64,000 nucleotides of DNA from assembly GCA_010015805.1 (NCBI GenBank), contig ML978125.1, forward strand, positions 2,294,001 to 2,358,000, read 5' to 3'. Position 1 is the stretch's first letter. The number at the start of each line of letters is the position of its first letter. The notes beneath the pieces are model-generated. The model was not told the DNA's origin and made no database searches. It saw nothing but the letters and a program-made list of their open reading frames with translations. A program made the translations under genes and the position numbers. The DNA comes from Rhizodiscina lignyota. Taxonomy: Eukaryota. Positions 49,206 to 60,776 of the stretch are shown here, piece after piece.

Positions 49206-49919
49206 ATGTTCGTAGGTTACTTTGGAGAACGAACGAGGCAAGGCCTGAATGTGCTCTTCAATGGCTTGATCGGCGCAAACCACGTTCTCTATTATCGTGG
49301 TGTTATTGAGCTATGGCCATATCTCTAGATGGGAGTGTAGTTGATTCATCTTTAAAACTAGGCTGGTCTAATCGATATACCCACTCCGAGGTTAATAAAC
49401 GCTCCCCCGTTGTGAATTGCGTTGTTCACAGTCATTCGGCGGACGTACTTCCTTACACTGTAGCGGAAGTCCACTACGTCTAACGATCCACATGGCTGGA
49501 TTCCTGGGTGAGTAGAATAAGTTTTAAATTGGTTCCTGGCTTAACTGCATAGGTTGGTTCGTTCCCGTCTGGATGCCGCGCTATTCCGTTGGGGAACAGC
49601 AGGATCTCCTTGTTCGAACGGCAGCACTGGGGGAGTCATTTTCCCTTGAGTTCTCGAACAGTGCACGAAAGTCCATTCAGTTGTCCTCATGCGTCATCAT
49701 GGGTTTGCTGTGGCGGATAGGGGCATGGAAGAAGCCGTATATCAAGCGATATACACACAGGACGCGGCAAAAGCCCAAACGAATGCTCTATCCCTCAGTA
49801 GCAATGGACATGAACCACAGAAGATCACTGCACTTCATGAACCATACTACAGCTGTAAAGGACACATAGGATACATACTATTCGGCATAGCATGCAGCGG
49901 CCGTGGCGACTATGAGTAA
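49206..49919 (+). pseudogene. Class II aldolase/adducin-family relic
   Basis: Collinear fragments in shifting frames: GLIGANHVLYYRGVIE / YGHIS, RYTHSEVNKR..VNCVVHSHSADVLPY, HMAGFLG, QDLLVRTAALGESF, MRHHGFAV..MEEAVYQAIYT..AKAQTNAL. Confidence 0.8.
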
Positions 49920-51146
49920 GAGAAGTCGAGCAGAGCAATTTATATGACAATGAATTTAGGGCATAAATTTGATATGTACGAGTGTGATAGTTTTTGCCTA
50001 AACTTGTGTTAGGGTCGACAAAAAGTTGGCCGCAGCTTTCAATGCACCAAATAGCTATATTATTGCTGTGAACACTCACTCCGTAGAAGGTTAAAAGAAG
50101 CTTGCAGAGATAGGCTCACTTACCTTGAAGTGTTAGAGCCGCTTACCTTTAGGCTTTCCAGCTCGCCTGACAGCTAACATTTTTGTCCTCTGAGCTTATG
50201 TATAAGGTATAGACGAAAATTAAAGCAAAAAGTATGTCGGAGCATGATTTGGCTCCGGCTGAGGAAACTCTGTGCCTTCCGCTCATCTCCCACCGAGTTC
50301 CAAATGATAACTTGAATGAAGATGATCCCCCCTCCCATGGCGTCCATTCTCTTGAGCTAATCGAGCCAGTCTAGGAGATAATTGGGAGCCAAATGGATGT
50401 GTCGGCAGCTGCTTTGAAGACGATTTAAGGCCGACATCCCAGCTTGAAATTGTGGATCTCGCCAGCATTTTCACCAACAACACCGCTCCTGTAACACACC
50501 ACCTTGCCTCTGAATCCTATTTCCCCGCTTGATTTTGATTTCATCAACTTTATCCGGCAATGCTTCGCAATAGCTTCGATAGTTGGCTTCCAAGCGATGC
50601 AAAGAAACCGAGGAACTCCAACATACGCGATGTTCAAGTGCACTGCCGCCCTCCCTCTCAGCGCTTCCCCGCCTGTTCGTGCGATCCTTCAAGGCCGGCG
50701 ACTGTATCCGTTGACCTGCTTAATTAGATCATACAACCCCGAAGCACGGAAAGTAGCGTATGGCGGCGTGGCCCTGCCCATCCTACCTGCGTACTTGACG
50801 GCAGCTAACAAGATCGACTAAGGACGCGGGAAATCGTCATTGCATCGGCATGATGCGAAGGAATCTTTAGACATCGCTCTGGCGGGAACGCGTCCCTGCC
50901 TCTGAAACCCCCGCACCATGCAGCCAAGGCTGGATATATTATTAACATGGTGTATAGTGTTCTTCGCAGTGCAAATGACGGATGATGGTGCGTGTTCGTG
51001 CACAGTGGTGGAGGTCCCGGATCCACAGCGCGCTGTTCGAGGCGGAGGTGAGTATACGAACGAGAAGTGGTATATATCCCGAATCCACCCTCTTATCTCT
51101 TATTTTGAGTGAGTATACCAGTCTCGTATGCTGTTTTGAATCCAAA

Positions 51147-52940
51147 ATGATGTTTATGATTTGTTCTTTTCTGCTCTTAACCGTGTTCTGCAACCATATC
51201 GGTGCTTCGCCTGCGAAGTCTGGTTTACCAATTGTTGATCTTGGCTACGAGCTACACCAAGCAAATTCTTATAATGTAAAGTCAAGAGGAGTGAACGTTG
51301 TCTCGTACCTGTCTTATTTGCATTAGGTGTCCGGGAGCTTTTACAACTTCTCAAACATCCGATATGCGGCTCCGCCACTTGGTCCATTAAGATTCGCTGC
51401 TCCCCAGCCTCCTCCCATAGATCGGTCACAGATACAGACTGGAAGTACTGGGAGAATATGTCCTCAAGCCGGGCCCTCATGGGAAGCGATCCAGGGCTCT
51501 TTTGTCTCGGCATACTTGACTGGTAGACCGTTCAATGCCTCTGCAGTGTCTTCCAGCAACACAGGAGGCTCTTCGATGCCATCTCTAGATCCTCGTACGA
51601 CTGAAGACTGCCTATTTCTTGACATATTAGTCCCGAAAAAGATCCTCGATGGCGTCAGACGTCAACATTATGGCCGCCCAACACTTGCACCAGTCATGGT
51701 TTGGATCTACGGCGGGGGCTACACCGCTGGTGAAAAGTCAACTTACGACGGCGCTCCATTCCTCCGCACGAGCGATAATGGGGTCATCTACGTGGCAATA
51801 AACTACCGGTTAGGTGCCTTCGGATGGTCATCTGGACCTACCTTCCAGTCTGAAGGTGGGACGGCAAATGCGGGGCTTCGTGATCAGAGGTTTGCCCTTG
51901 AATGGGTTCAAAGGTATATCCACCTGTTTGGGGGCGACAGGGACAGGGTCATGATCTTCGGTGAGTCGGCCGGAGGTGGCTCTGTCATGCATCAGGTCAC
52001 TGTATGTCTCCCAACATTTCTCATCCTTGAATGTTGCAGATGAGTGTGTGTGCTGACGATGAATTAGGCATACGGAGGAGAAAGGGGTCCAGTGCCCTTT
52101 CAAGCTGCTCTTCCGCAGTCTCCTGGCTTTCTTCCAGTCGTCTCAGCTGCAAAGCAGGAGCGTACCTACAAGGGCTACCTTGAACTGCTGAAGGTGAATA
52201 CGATTGAGGAGGCTCGGCAGTTGCCCTCGAGCGCACTCATTACTGCAAATCTAATCCAGGTTGCGAGCTCGCCCTACGGTCAATTCACCTACGGACCCGT
52301 CGTCGATGGAGTTTTCGTGCCCGCTCTTCCTGGTCAGCTCTTGTCGTATGGAGCGTTTGACTCTCGCGTTCGAATCATGACTGGCCATAATGCTGACGAA
52401 GGACTCGATTTCACTCCTTATTATATTCAGAATGACACAGCAGCCCGTGATAATCTTGAAATTTCACTTCCTGATATCTCGAAAGAATCGCTGGATTTTG
52501 TGCTGGATACTCTCTACCCTCCTGTGTACGATGGCAGTCTGGGATACCACGATCAAATAGCACGAGTGGCATTGCAAACATCTGAATTATCATTCACATG
52601 TAACGACAATTATTTGGCTCGAGCGTTCAAGAACCGGACGTACGCTTACAAGTTCTCAATGCCGCCCGCTCTTCACGGCCAAGACGTTCCGTACACTTTC
52701 GACAATGGTGGGGGTACGAGCAGCGGCGTCCAGAGTGTGACAGTTGCACATATCATGCAGGAATTCATCACCAGCTTTGCAATCACCGGACATCCAAGTA
52801 GCCCGACATGGGGCCAGCAGTTCCCAGAGTATGGTTCCGAGGCGAACATTGTCAACTTGAATGTGACGAGCATCACGGTAGAGAAGGACGATACGGCAAA
52901 TCCGAGATGCTACTGGTGGCAGAAGGGCTTATTTTATTAG
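51147..52940 (+). CDS. Secreted type-B carboxylesterase, 3 exons
   Basis: Signal peptide, LPIVDLGY, FSNIRYAAPP, TEDCLFLD, PVMVWIYGGGY, NYRLGAFG, GESAGGGS, HNADEG, ALHGQD. Introns at ~51276-51327 and ~52002-52067. Confidence 0.93.
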
Positions 52941-55218
52941 CCAGATCGCAAACCAATATGATTATATTGCTCAGAATCAGCAGAGGTTCGACGCTGGCCG
53001 TCGTTATCGTTAAGTCGTTGAAGTCACAGCCCCGCCCTAACCGCCAGGTTAATGTCCACGTTTGGGCGGCAAGGACCGAACCGAAAGGTTGCCACAGTAA
53101 GTTGAGGCTTAAAACTAACCGAGCGGCTTCTGGAGCACCGAAGAAATGATTCGAGCGAGTGTGATAAGCTTCGCGAATTTTCACGGTGCTGTTCCAAGTC
53201 GTCCCCGAAAACCAACGTGAACCTAGGCGCTGAGCAGGCGTACTTCAACCGGGCAAATTCCAGCGCCGCAAAAAACCCAAGGAGAAGGTAACAACCACTT
53301 TGCAGCTGGAAATTGCCCATTAAGGCCAGAGTAAGAGGAGGACTGCGATGAGGTGCCTCTTAACTGCCAGCACTGAAGGCGGGACGTTACGAGTCAGTCA
53401 CTTATTGTGGATCGCTAGCCCAAATGGGAATAGTGCCTGAGCACCAAGGGTACCCGAACTCTCTCTCTTTTTACCTCTCACCTTCCAGATTTTGTATTGC
53501 ATGGCATGTTTACATGGGCTAGAGCTCGCCAAACCTGATGAAATAATGATTTCTATATAAAATTGTCCCAGTGAGCTTTCAGAGTTTAATTTCATTCAAG
53601 CGTGAGTTCATTCGTACACATAGATCCCATGATCGTGAACTCATGCGCCTCATTCATGGATCATTTTCACCCTACAGCTCTTTTCTCCATACGTCTGCTC
53701 ATTTTTGTCTTCCGTAGACGAATAGGATATGCCTTGCAGGCGCCAATGCCATTACGAGAGACCTATGTCGCTTGTTCCGGCCTTCTGGAACACGACGGGA
53801 GCGCTGCGGATCGATGTATGATAGGCCATGCGCATTCGTACGGCACAGCCATCTCAACATTGGGCGCTCACGATGACCTCGGAGTTGTTCTTGACTTCAT
53901 CTCACGCACGATCATCGAAAAACTGTCATGTCAATCCAGAATCTTAATGCGCTGGACTGTGCCTTCTTCAGCAAGAGACAATTTGATACAACGCTTGAAA
54001 AAGTTCCCGCGAGTCTAGCTCAGGCGCTGCTGTCGAAGCGACTTGTCGCTTTGATAGGATGATGCCGATTAAATCACCTTTAGGTCCCCAAATTTGAACA
54101 TTCTTGGCCATACATGCGACGGCTGACGCAGTCCTGCATATCACTCAGCGCTCATACCGGCCGAGCAACCTAATGGAGATTTGCAGATACTGGAAGTTCC
54201 CCCCACCAACTTCTCGAGCAGGTCTTGCGATGCACTCTCTCCATCATGGGGGACCCACTGCTTCGTCTCATTCGTAGCCTGATTGCGAACCGTTAGCAGG
54301 GGTGGATGAAGAAACATCTGACTCGCGGGAAGAGCTGCCCTCCACACTCAGCTGCACTGTGAAGGATGCTTAATGATCCTGGCTTCAATGCCACCTGCTT
54401 CATTCTCTTCCGGCAAGTGCAATTGAGGAACAATGGGGTTGAGGTCGAAGCTAGCTTGCGCAAAGCCGCAGCGCTCAATATCAAGATTGAGGAAGAGTCC
54501 AGTGATTCCCATCCAGCTGTCCAGCAACCACGCACATCTCATCCATCCGGCGATTGGCAAGAACAGTCTTCAATTTCAAATCATCTCGCTCTGGAGGCTG
54601 ATGCCAGTGTACGGAGTTTGCCAGGCTTCAAACTCCCGTTGATGAGGCTCAACCACTGATAAATGCGCGGCCTTTTATCCCGGAGGCTTGCATATCACTT
54701 GGGGGCGATGCACCGGCTGCAACGGCGCCTTAACAGTAAATTCACGAACATGGAGCACGATCTGCTGATGGAACTGCCCAAAGGTGGCGTGTTCTATGCC
54801 CTCTGAATGGATATCATGCTTGTTTTCCTTTGAGCGGGACAACGTGTTCCCCTCATGACTGCTACCTTTATCAGGACCTAAGCTTACCATTGGATGAACT
54901 GTCATCCAAAGCCGCCAGCATCCTATCCTCTGCATTCTCTTCATTTCCTCTATAAAAAGAGTCGAGCATTCCCACTTCCTCAAGCGTCGTCAGTTCAGAC
55001 CATCTTCATCATCTTATCTACAAGTCTTGCGCTCGAATAGCTTTTACGAACCCTTGGCCGACTCCACATTGTCCGCATTACGAGTGAGCCAGTGAAAGAA
55101 AGAAAAGTCCCTCCGAGACTATCCTGTGCGCGAATCTATCCCACTCAACTAAGGTATCATGCTAACGTCCATCTATGTTTAGTACTCGAACCTACCACTT
55201 GTGCCTTAGTCCAGAACT

Positions 55219-55413
55219 ATGGCTTATTCTGCCTTCATAGCTCCAGGCAATGAGTCTAACCAGAATCGTGGAACTGGGGCCACGGTCGTTCCAGATTTTG
55301 ACTGGCAATGTGGCGTTTGCAAAGAACGAAATCCAGCCTACGAAACGGTTTGCAAAGGGACAGGTTGCGGCCATGTTTTCTGCAAGGTAAATTGCAAGAG
55401 ATACTACGACTAG
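55219..55413 (+). CDS. Small (64 aa) Cys/His zinc-ribbon protein (RanBP2-like / double zinc ribbon)
   Basis: WQCGVCKERNPAYETVCKGTGCGHVFCKVNC. TATAAAA at 54951 and a canonical 5'-UTR intron 55084-55182 (GTGAGC..GCTAAC..TAG) lie upstream. Confidence 0.65.
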   Translation: MAYSAFIAPGNESNQNRGTGATVVPDFDWQCGVCKERNPAYETVCKGTGCGHVFCKVNCKRYYD

Positions 55414-56633
55414 ATAAGAGTCTCGTGGTCGGACTCGACGTCACTTCGTTCGACAGTGCCGTTTCGGATACAGAGGAGAGTGAACACGGAATAAGCACAA
55501 TGGCGGTATTTTGAGAGCACAGCGGGGCGGGTGTCTGATTGATCTCAATGATCCACTCATTAAGGCTCTTGAGTCTTTTGTTGGGTTCTACCAGTGGAAG
55601 GCTCTCTCGTTCATGGGCCCTCTATCACATCACAATCCTTTTAGCAACTACTAAATTCACAATCACAATCATTTATCCACCGCCATGTTCCAACATCTTT
55701 TGCTTTGTTCAAGGCCTGTTCGATGGAGTTCCGCAGCCTCATGCCTCATGCCTCAAATCTCAAGATATCGCTCAATTGACAGAACTAGTAGGACACGCAC
55801 ATCAAGGCAAAGGACTGTGCCACTGACAACGCCACAGCGGTTCACGGAGACAGTGTCTCAGACCTGACCCATTATGCAACCTACGAACGCCTTCTAATCC
55901 CTTTGTCAATGGTTCGCAGCCATCACATATCGCTCATGCGACCAGATCAAAGACCTCTTTCACCGCGCCGGCCTTTGCCGTCAGAGAGCCGTCCATATCA
56001 CATCGTCATCGCTTGCACTCTCGCTGTGCCTCCCATTTCACAATTCATGGCCGAGCTCAAGCGCTCGGAAGTCTTTCCTCAACTGTAGACACATTACACA
56101 ATCGTGGTGGGGAACATTGCTTGATTGAGACACAAACTGCTAGCCTCCATCACGCCATTGTGAATGGCTCTGACTATGTCAATGTCTTGGAGCCGTGGGA
56201 ATTATCTATGTCCGTGTATCTCCAACGACAGCTGTAGTCTCCGGCTTTATAGGTGTCTGATAGGGCGCGGTGCTTTGACAGCGCCAACCACAAGTGCATG
56301 AACTTTCACATCAAATGAATATCGTCACCTCTGGCACCTCCACTGCTCTGCTGGTTGTGGCTGTAACTTTCTCCTTTCGCCGTGCAGACTCAGGGACTGA
56401 TCCAATCTTCTCACCTAAGGCACAGCTATGCACCGTGCCACAGCCCTCGCTAGAATCACAACCCCCTCACAGCAGAGCTTGGTTTAGACAGATACTCAAC
56501 AACCTACGGGCGTCGCCATCGTGCTTTCAGAATCATAAATTTTCGAGTCTGATCGCTGATAAAGTCTCGCATTCTCTTTGTTAACAAATTACACCTCGTT
56601 TGCAAAACGGTCGATTGGTCTTCACACTAGCAT

Positions 56634-57905
56634 TCAGAGTGCTCGCTGCACTGGCGATCGTTCCAGCCCAGAGGCTGCTGCGAGCATCTTATGCTCGACG
56701 ATGATCTTTGACAACGCCTGCTGACAGTCCCAGCCAGCAGTTGGGTGCTCGAGCTGCTCTTGCGCTTGCCTCAACCACTCATTCCACACTGGCGTGTTCG
56801 GACAGCTGTCGCTCCGCAACACCCACTCTGTCGTGCCAGAGAACTGAATCGCTCTGAATAGAGCGCGCGTAAAGGTCGGCATCGTCTCATACGTCCTACT
56901 TCTTGTAGCTGTGTCCTGATCTTGCCTAGTCCGTCCCGCAGCGTTTCCAGTGTCAACGCCTGTACCGTCGCCGTGGTCCTTCCCTCGAGAACTGGCCTCG
57001 GTGCCGGCACCCTTCTCTTCATCAGCAGCAGGGGCGTCATATGTCCGCTCTTCCATCTCTACAGCGCTGAGGTCCCAGCTAAACTTCGGCGGCAGCACAG
57101 CGACACCCCAGTAGAGTGCGTTCAGCACCGCGTACGTCACCGAGAGCGCAACCTGCATTGTCCACGTCGAGTTGCCGAACATCACAATCGCCGTAGTGAG
57201 CGTCAATCCACCTACAATGCCGCCTAAGAAGCGGCTGATCGTCGGGTTGGGGAGGAGATACTCGATCTCTTCTGGGCCGAAATAGATCAGCCTCGCGACG
57301 CTCTCATCACACTTCACCACGGTGAAGCAGCCTTTCGTGTGCCTGAGCACCACATCTCCAGGCGGCGTATTCGTTCCAATACGTGGAGTCAGCCTTGGTT
57401 TCAAACGCCAATTGCTCGCAAGACACAGGACCGCTGTCGTAAACGCCATGATGATAATCCCGACCACCGCGACGCCATCCTTGATCAACGCCGCCCAGAT
57501 CAGCAGGCCCACCGTCACAACCGAACTCCCCACCGCCAGCGCATTCAGCGGCGCCAGCCATCGCAGTCGAAATTCTGCCTTATCCCTCTTCAACTTCAGA
57601 CGGATCTCGCGAACCGAGAAGTCCGGCAGCTCCTGGCCCGTGCCGTGCAGCAGCTGGCCGAAGTAGCTCAGCGACTCGCGCACATTGCCTGAGAAGACGC
57701 CGCAGATCTTGACGGGCTCGGTGGGCAGGCGGTCCAGCCTGTCAGCGTAGAGGCCTTGGGGCGCGGGCAGCAGCCTGGGCAGCAAGCACGTCTTGCTCGA
57801 CAGGATGAGGTGCGAGTTGAGGCCGATGTTTTTCTCGCCGAGGATCGCGAGGATGGAGACGGCGTCGAGCTTCCATTGCGTGCGCGGGGACGGGAAGGTC
57901 AACAT
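56634..57905 (-). CDS. Uncharacterised fungal multi-pass membrane protein, intronless
   Basis: 423-aa ORF with a strong coding-like GC3 bias. It contains LDAVSILAILGE..LPRLLPAPQ, four hydrophobic segments, PPGDVVLR and YAVLNALYW, a pattern I recall from a hypothetical fungal family. Confidence 0.75.
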   Translation of the reverse strand: MLTFPSPRTQWKLDAVSILAILGEKNIGLNSHLILSSKTCLLPRLLPAPQGLYADRLDRLPTEPVKICGVFSGNVRESLSYFGQLLHGTGQELPDFSVREIRLKLKRDKAEFRLRWLAPLNALAVGSSVVTVGLLIWAALIKDGVAVVGIIIMAFTTAVLCLASNWRLKPRLTPRIGTNTPPGDVVLRHTKGCFTVVKCDESVARLIYFGPEEIEYLLPNPTISRFLGGIVGGLTLTTAIVMFGNSTWTMQVALSVTYAVLNALYWGVAVLPPKFSWDLSAVEMEERTYDAPAADEEKGAGTEASSRGKDHGDGTGVDTGNAAGRTRQDQDTATRSRTYETMPTFTRALFRAIQFSGTTEWVLRSDSCPNTPVWNEWLRQAQEQLEHPTAGWDCQQALSKIIVEHKMLAAASGLERSPVQRAL

Positions 57906-58970
57906 GTGTGCGTGTGCATCTGGGTTGTTTGGAACCTTCGGTGGGTTTTTAATTGGCTTTATCCTCTATCCTCTTTTCCCTTGCTCTTTCTACGGAGTAT
58001 TCCCCGTGCGAATGGGGAAAATGGAACGACTGATTTTATGGCATTGGGCAAAAGAGATGCGGAGGCGCGTGTGTATAAAAGCCTCACCTGCCAGGCTGTC
58101 ATCTGTGCTTTCAAAGTTTCAGCCGCATGTCCCTGAGTCGTGCCTCTCGGGGGCGGGCGTCATCCTTTTTATCGCCTGGCGCACCGATGATCTAGAATTT
58201 GGTACATTTGAAGGGGCCAGAAACTGAGATTTACTCTATGTCATACGATGGAGCTGGAACCGAAGTTCTAAATTCGATCTTGTTTGCGGGTGAAAGCGGC
58301 CGCCAGAACGGAGGCAGGCAGGGGCTTTCAAGTCGAAAGCCGGCGCTACGGACGTGTTTGCGGGTCAGAACTTTATCACCACTCCGAAATTCACTGTCAT
58401 GATTCGCTATTGCGAATATGATTCGAGAGTGATGGAAAACATGACCCACAGCTAATGTATGGAGCTGTCAAATGCAGAGCCACTCCGGTCAAGACAAACC
58501 GTGCTTGTCGAAGCTGTATTTCTTACTCTCATAAACACTGAACTCTCAACGTCGCTTTTCTCTAGGCTGGTAACTATGCTCACGTTTGCTGCATGATTTC
58601 GATGTCCATGCATCGGACGGGTAGCTATTTCGTCACGCTCATGCCTGGGAAGCCTTTTCAACAATTCAAGAGCTCTCTGCGAAATTCAAGAATATTACAA
58701 GAAAACTATCCATCATCTGAAGTAAAATGGAGAGAGACGTCATCAGTTATCATTTGCGCCGAAACGCATTATCCCAGTTTTGAAAACCCGTTCCCTTGAA
58801 CCAGCAGAACGCAGCCAGATTATGCCCAGGACCAAGAAGAGAATACCCTCTATATACAAATATTATTCCCTTCTTAATACATAGCCTCCCCTAGCCTCAG
58901 CCGCGGTCCATACGGCATGCTCCCGAACCCAAGCCTCAATTTCATATCCAGATGCTCGACCAAAGAAGCA

Positions 58971-60776
58971 TTACATGACGTATAAGATGTTCACATCTAC
59001 ATTATCGTTAGCATCACAGGTAATAGTCACGATACGAGCTGAACACGGGTCGTCTTACTGAGTGGATGACTGCAGCTCAGCTGCGGCTTCTGGCTATACT
59101 TGCCCTCCAGCTCTTCACGAATGCTGTTAAGGAGCTGCACATAGCTCTGCTGCGGGTTCTTCTTGAGCGATGTAATGAACGCCCACGACATGGCGCCAGT
59201 GGCTTGGCCGCCAATCTGAGCATCGGATCTGTAGAGGTACTGTTAGCATATGACCCGGAGCCCGGACTGACGTAGAGATGCTGGTGTGATGCGGATGAAC
59301 CAACGCAACCCGTCGTCCCTCCGCAAGCATCGGGCCGCAATTGGCTTCAATGCTTGTGAAGGGACACAAAATATTAAGTATACATTAATCATGAGACTCA
59401 AGGAGATCGAATGACGGTCTGTAGCGCCAGCGCCACTCAATGAAAGGAAAAGAAGTGCAGATCAGAGAGAATAAACCATCCTCTGCAGTATTGGATCATG
59501 CATTTGAGGTGGCAGTGCCCCTCCGCCATCAAAAGGGAAACCAGCAGCGCCAATAGACGTAGGAAAATTTACGTACGATGTCTGCTCGTCCTTGCTGCCC
59601 GACCACATGATGACATCTGCCGGGCTCGTCTTCGTCCTGAGATTCCTCTTGTACGTGTCGTCGCCTCCTGCAACCTTCTTGAAGAGACCCATTGCAGTCG
59701 AAGCCACGCTACCCATGTCGCCACGTGCATAAGATGAGACAATACCAAGCAAGCCCTGGCCAGCCTCTTTGGCAAGGTTGGGCTCTTTGAGAACGCCTTG
59801 TGTGCTGTAGATGTACGGAAGGTCGAGAGCAGATCCGGAGTGGCAAGAGTCGAAGATGGCAGTAAGTCGTACACCAGGTTGGAGAGGTTGGACCCTGACG
59901 TTGCGTTAGCACGGATTCATTGATATATCAAGTAGCTCAGAATTGAAGCCTACATGATTCGATGCATTTCGTCATCAACAATGTGGCCGGCAGATCTGAA
60001 GTCAACCGGGTAGATGACCTCATCATATCCATCCTCCTCATCACCGTCAAGGTCTTTGGTCTGTCCTCCGTGGCCTACCGCGTGTTAGTAGCCGGCCTTC
60101 TCCATCGAAGATGCTTGACCTTACCAGAATAGTGGAAGAAGAGCGAGTCATTCGGCCTCGCCTCCTTCACCAGCCAGTGCATTGCTCGTAGAATATTTGC
60201 CTTCGTCGGGTGGCTCATCGGGTTCTGCTGGTCGTCTGTCAAGATGACCATATCCTCCCGCTTGTATCCAAAATGGTTGTTCAGGTAGGTAGACATATTC
60301 TTGACGTCGTTGATGCACCCACGCAGCTGTCCTCGTTGTCCAAAGTAGTTGATGCCAATCAGCAGCGCTTTCCTCCGACCTGTACAGTTCGAGTACTGGA
60401 ATGTGTAGTTACCTGGCGCTCCATGCCCAAATGCCTGTGCCTGTGCGGGAGGTGGCGGTGGAGCACTGTGATTGCCTTGGCTGTAGGCATTCTGATTGAC
60501 TGTCGGGAGCGGCGGGCCAGCGGAATAACCTCCTGGAGGCCCTGAAGGTGCTCCTCCGCTTGGAGGCCCATAGTAAGGCTGCGGTGGAGGCTGGTTGTAG
60601 CCATACTGCTGCTGAGGTGGAGGAGTTCCGTATCCGTATGGTGGTTGCGGCGATGGAGCTTGGTTGGGGTACCATTGCTGAGGCGGAGGTTGATTGTAGC
60701 CCCCGCCGCCATACTGAGGCGCGGGAGGAGGAGCGTATCCACCGCCGTTGTACTGCTGGCCAGGATAGTATGACAT
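58971..60776 (-). CDS. MCA1: Type I metacaspase (Mca1/CasA), 5 exons
   Basis: P/Q/Y/G-rich prodomain, [27 protein letters not shown] (catalytic His), [11 protein letters not shown] (catalytic Cys), [33 protein letters not shown]. Confidence 0.97.

Noticed and set aside
50960..51060. Minus-strand ILTSASNSALWIRDLHHCARTRTIIRH resembles one WD40 repeat
   Set aside because: It is a single weak match with no WD dipeptide and no neighbouring repeats.
53068..53094. aacc-gaaa-ggtt GNRA stem-loop suggesting a ribozyme
   Set aside because: No hammerhead CUGAUGA core or HDV-like pseudoknot surrounds it; a short stem like this is expected by chance.
53600..54990. Several 70-140 aa ORFs on both strands
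   Set aside because: I found no motif, consistent frame or splice pattern. This may be a decayed gene, but it cannot be supported.
60420..60776. Low-complexity P/Q/G/Y repeats
   Set aside because: This is the normal prodomain of type I metacaspases.
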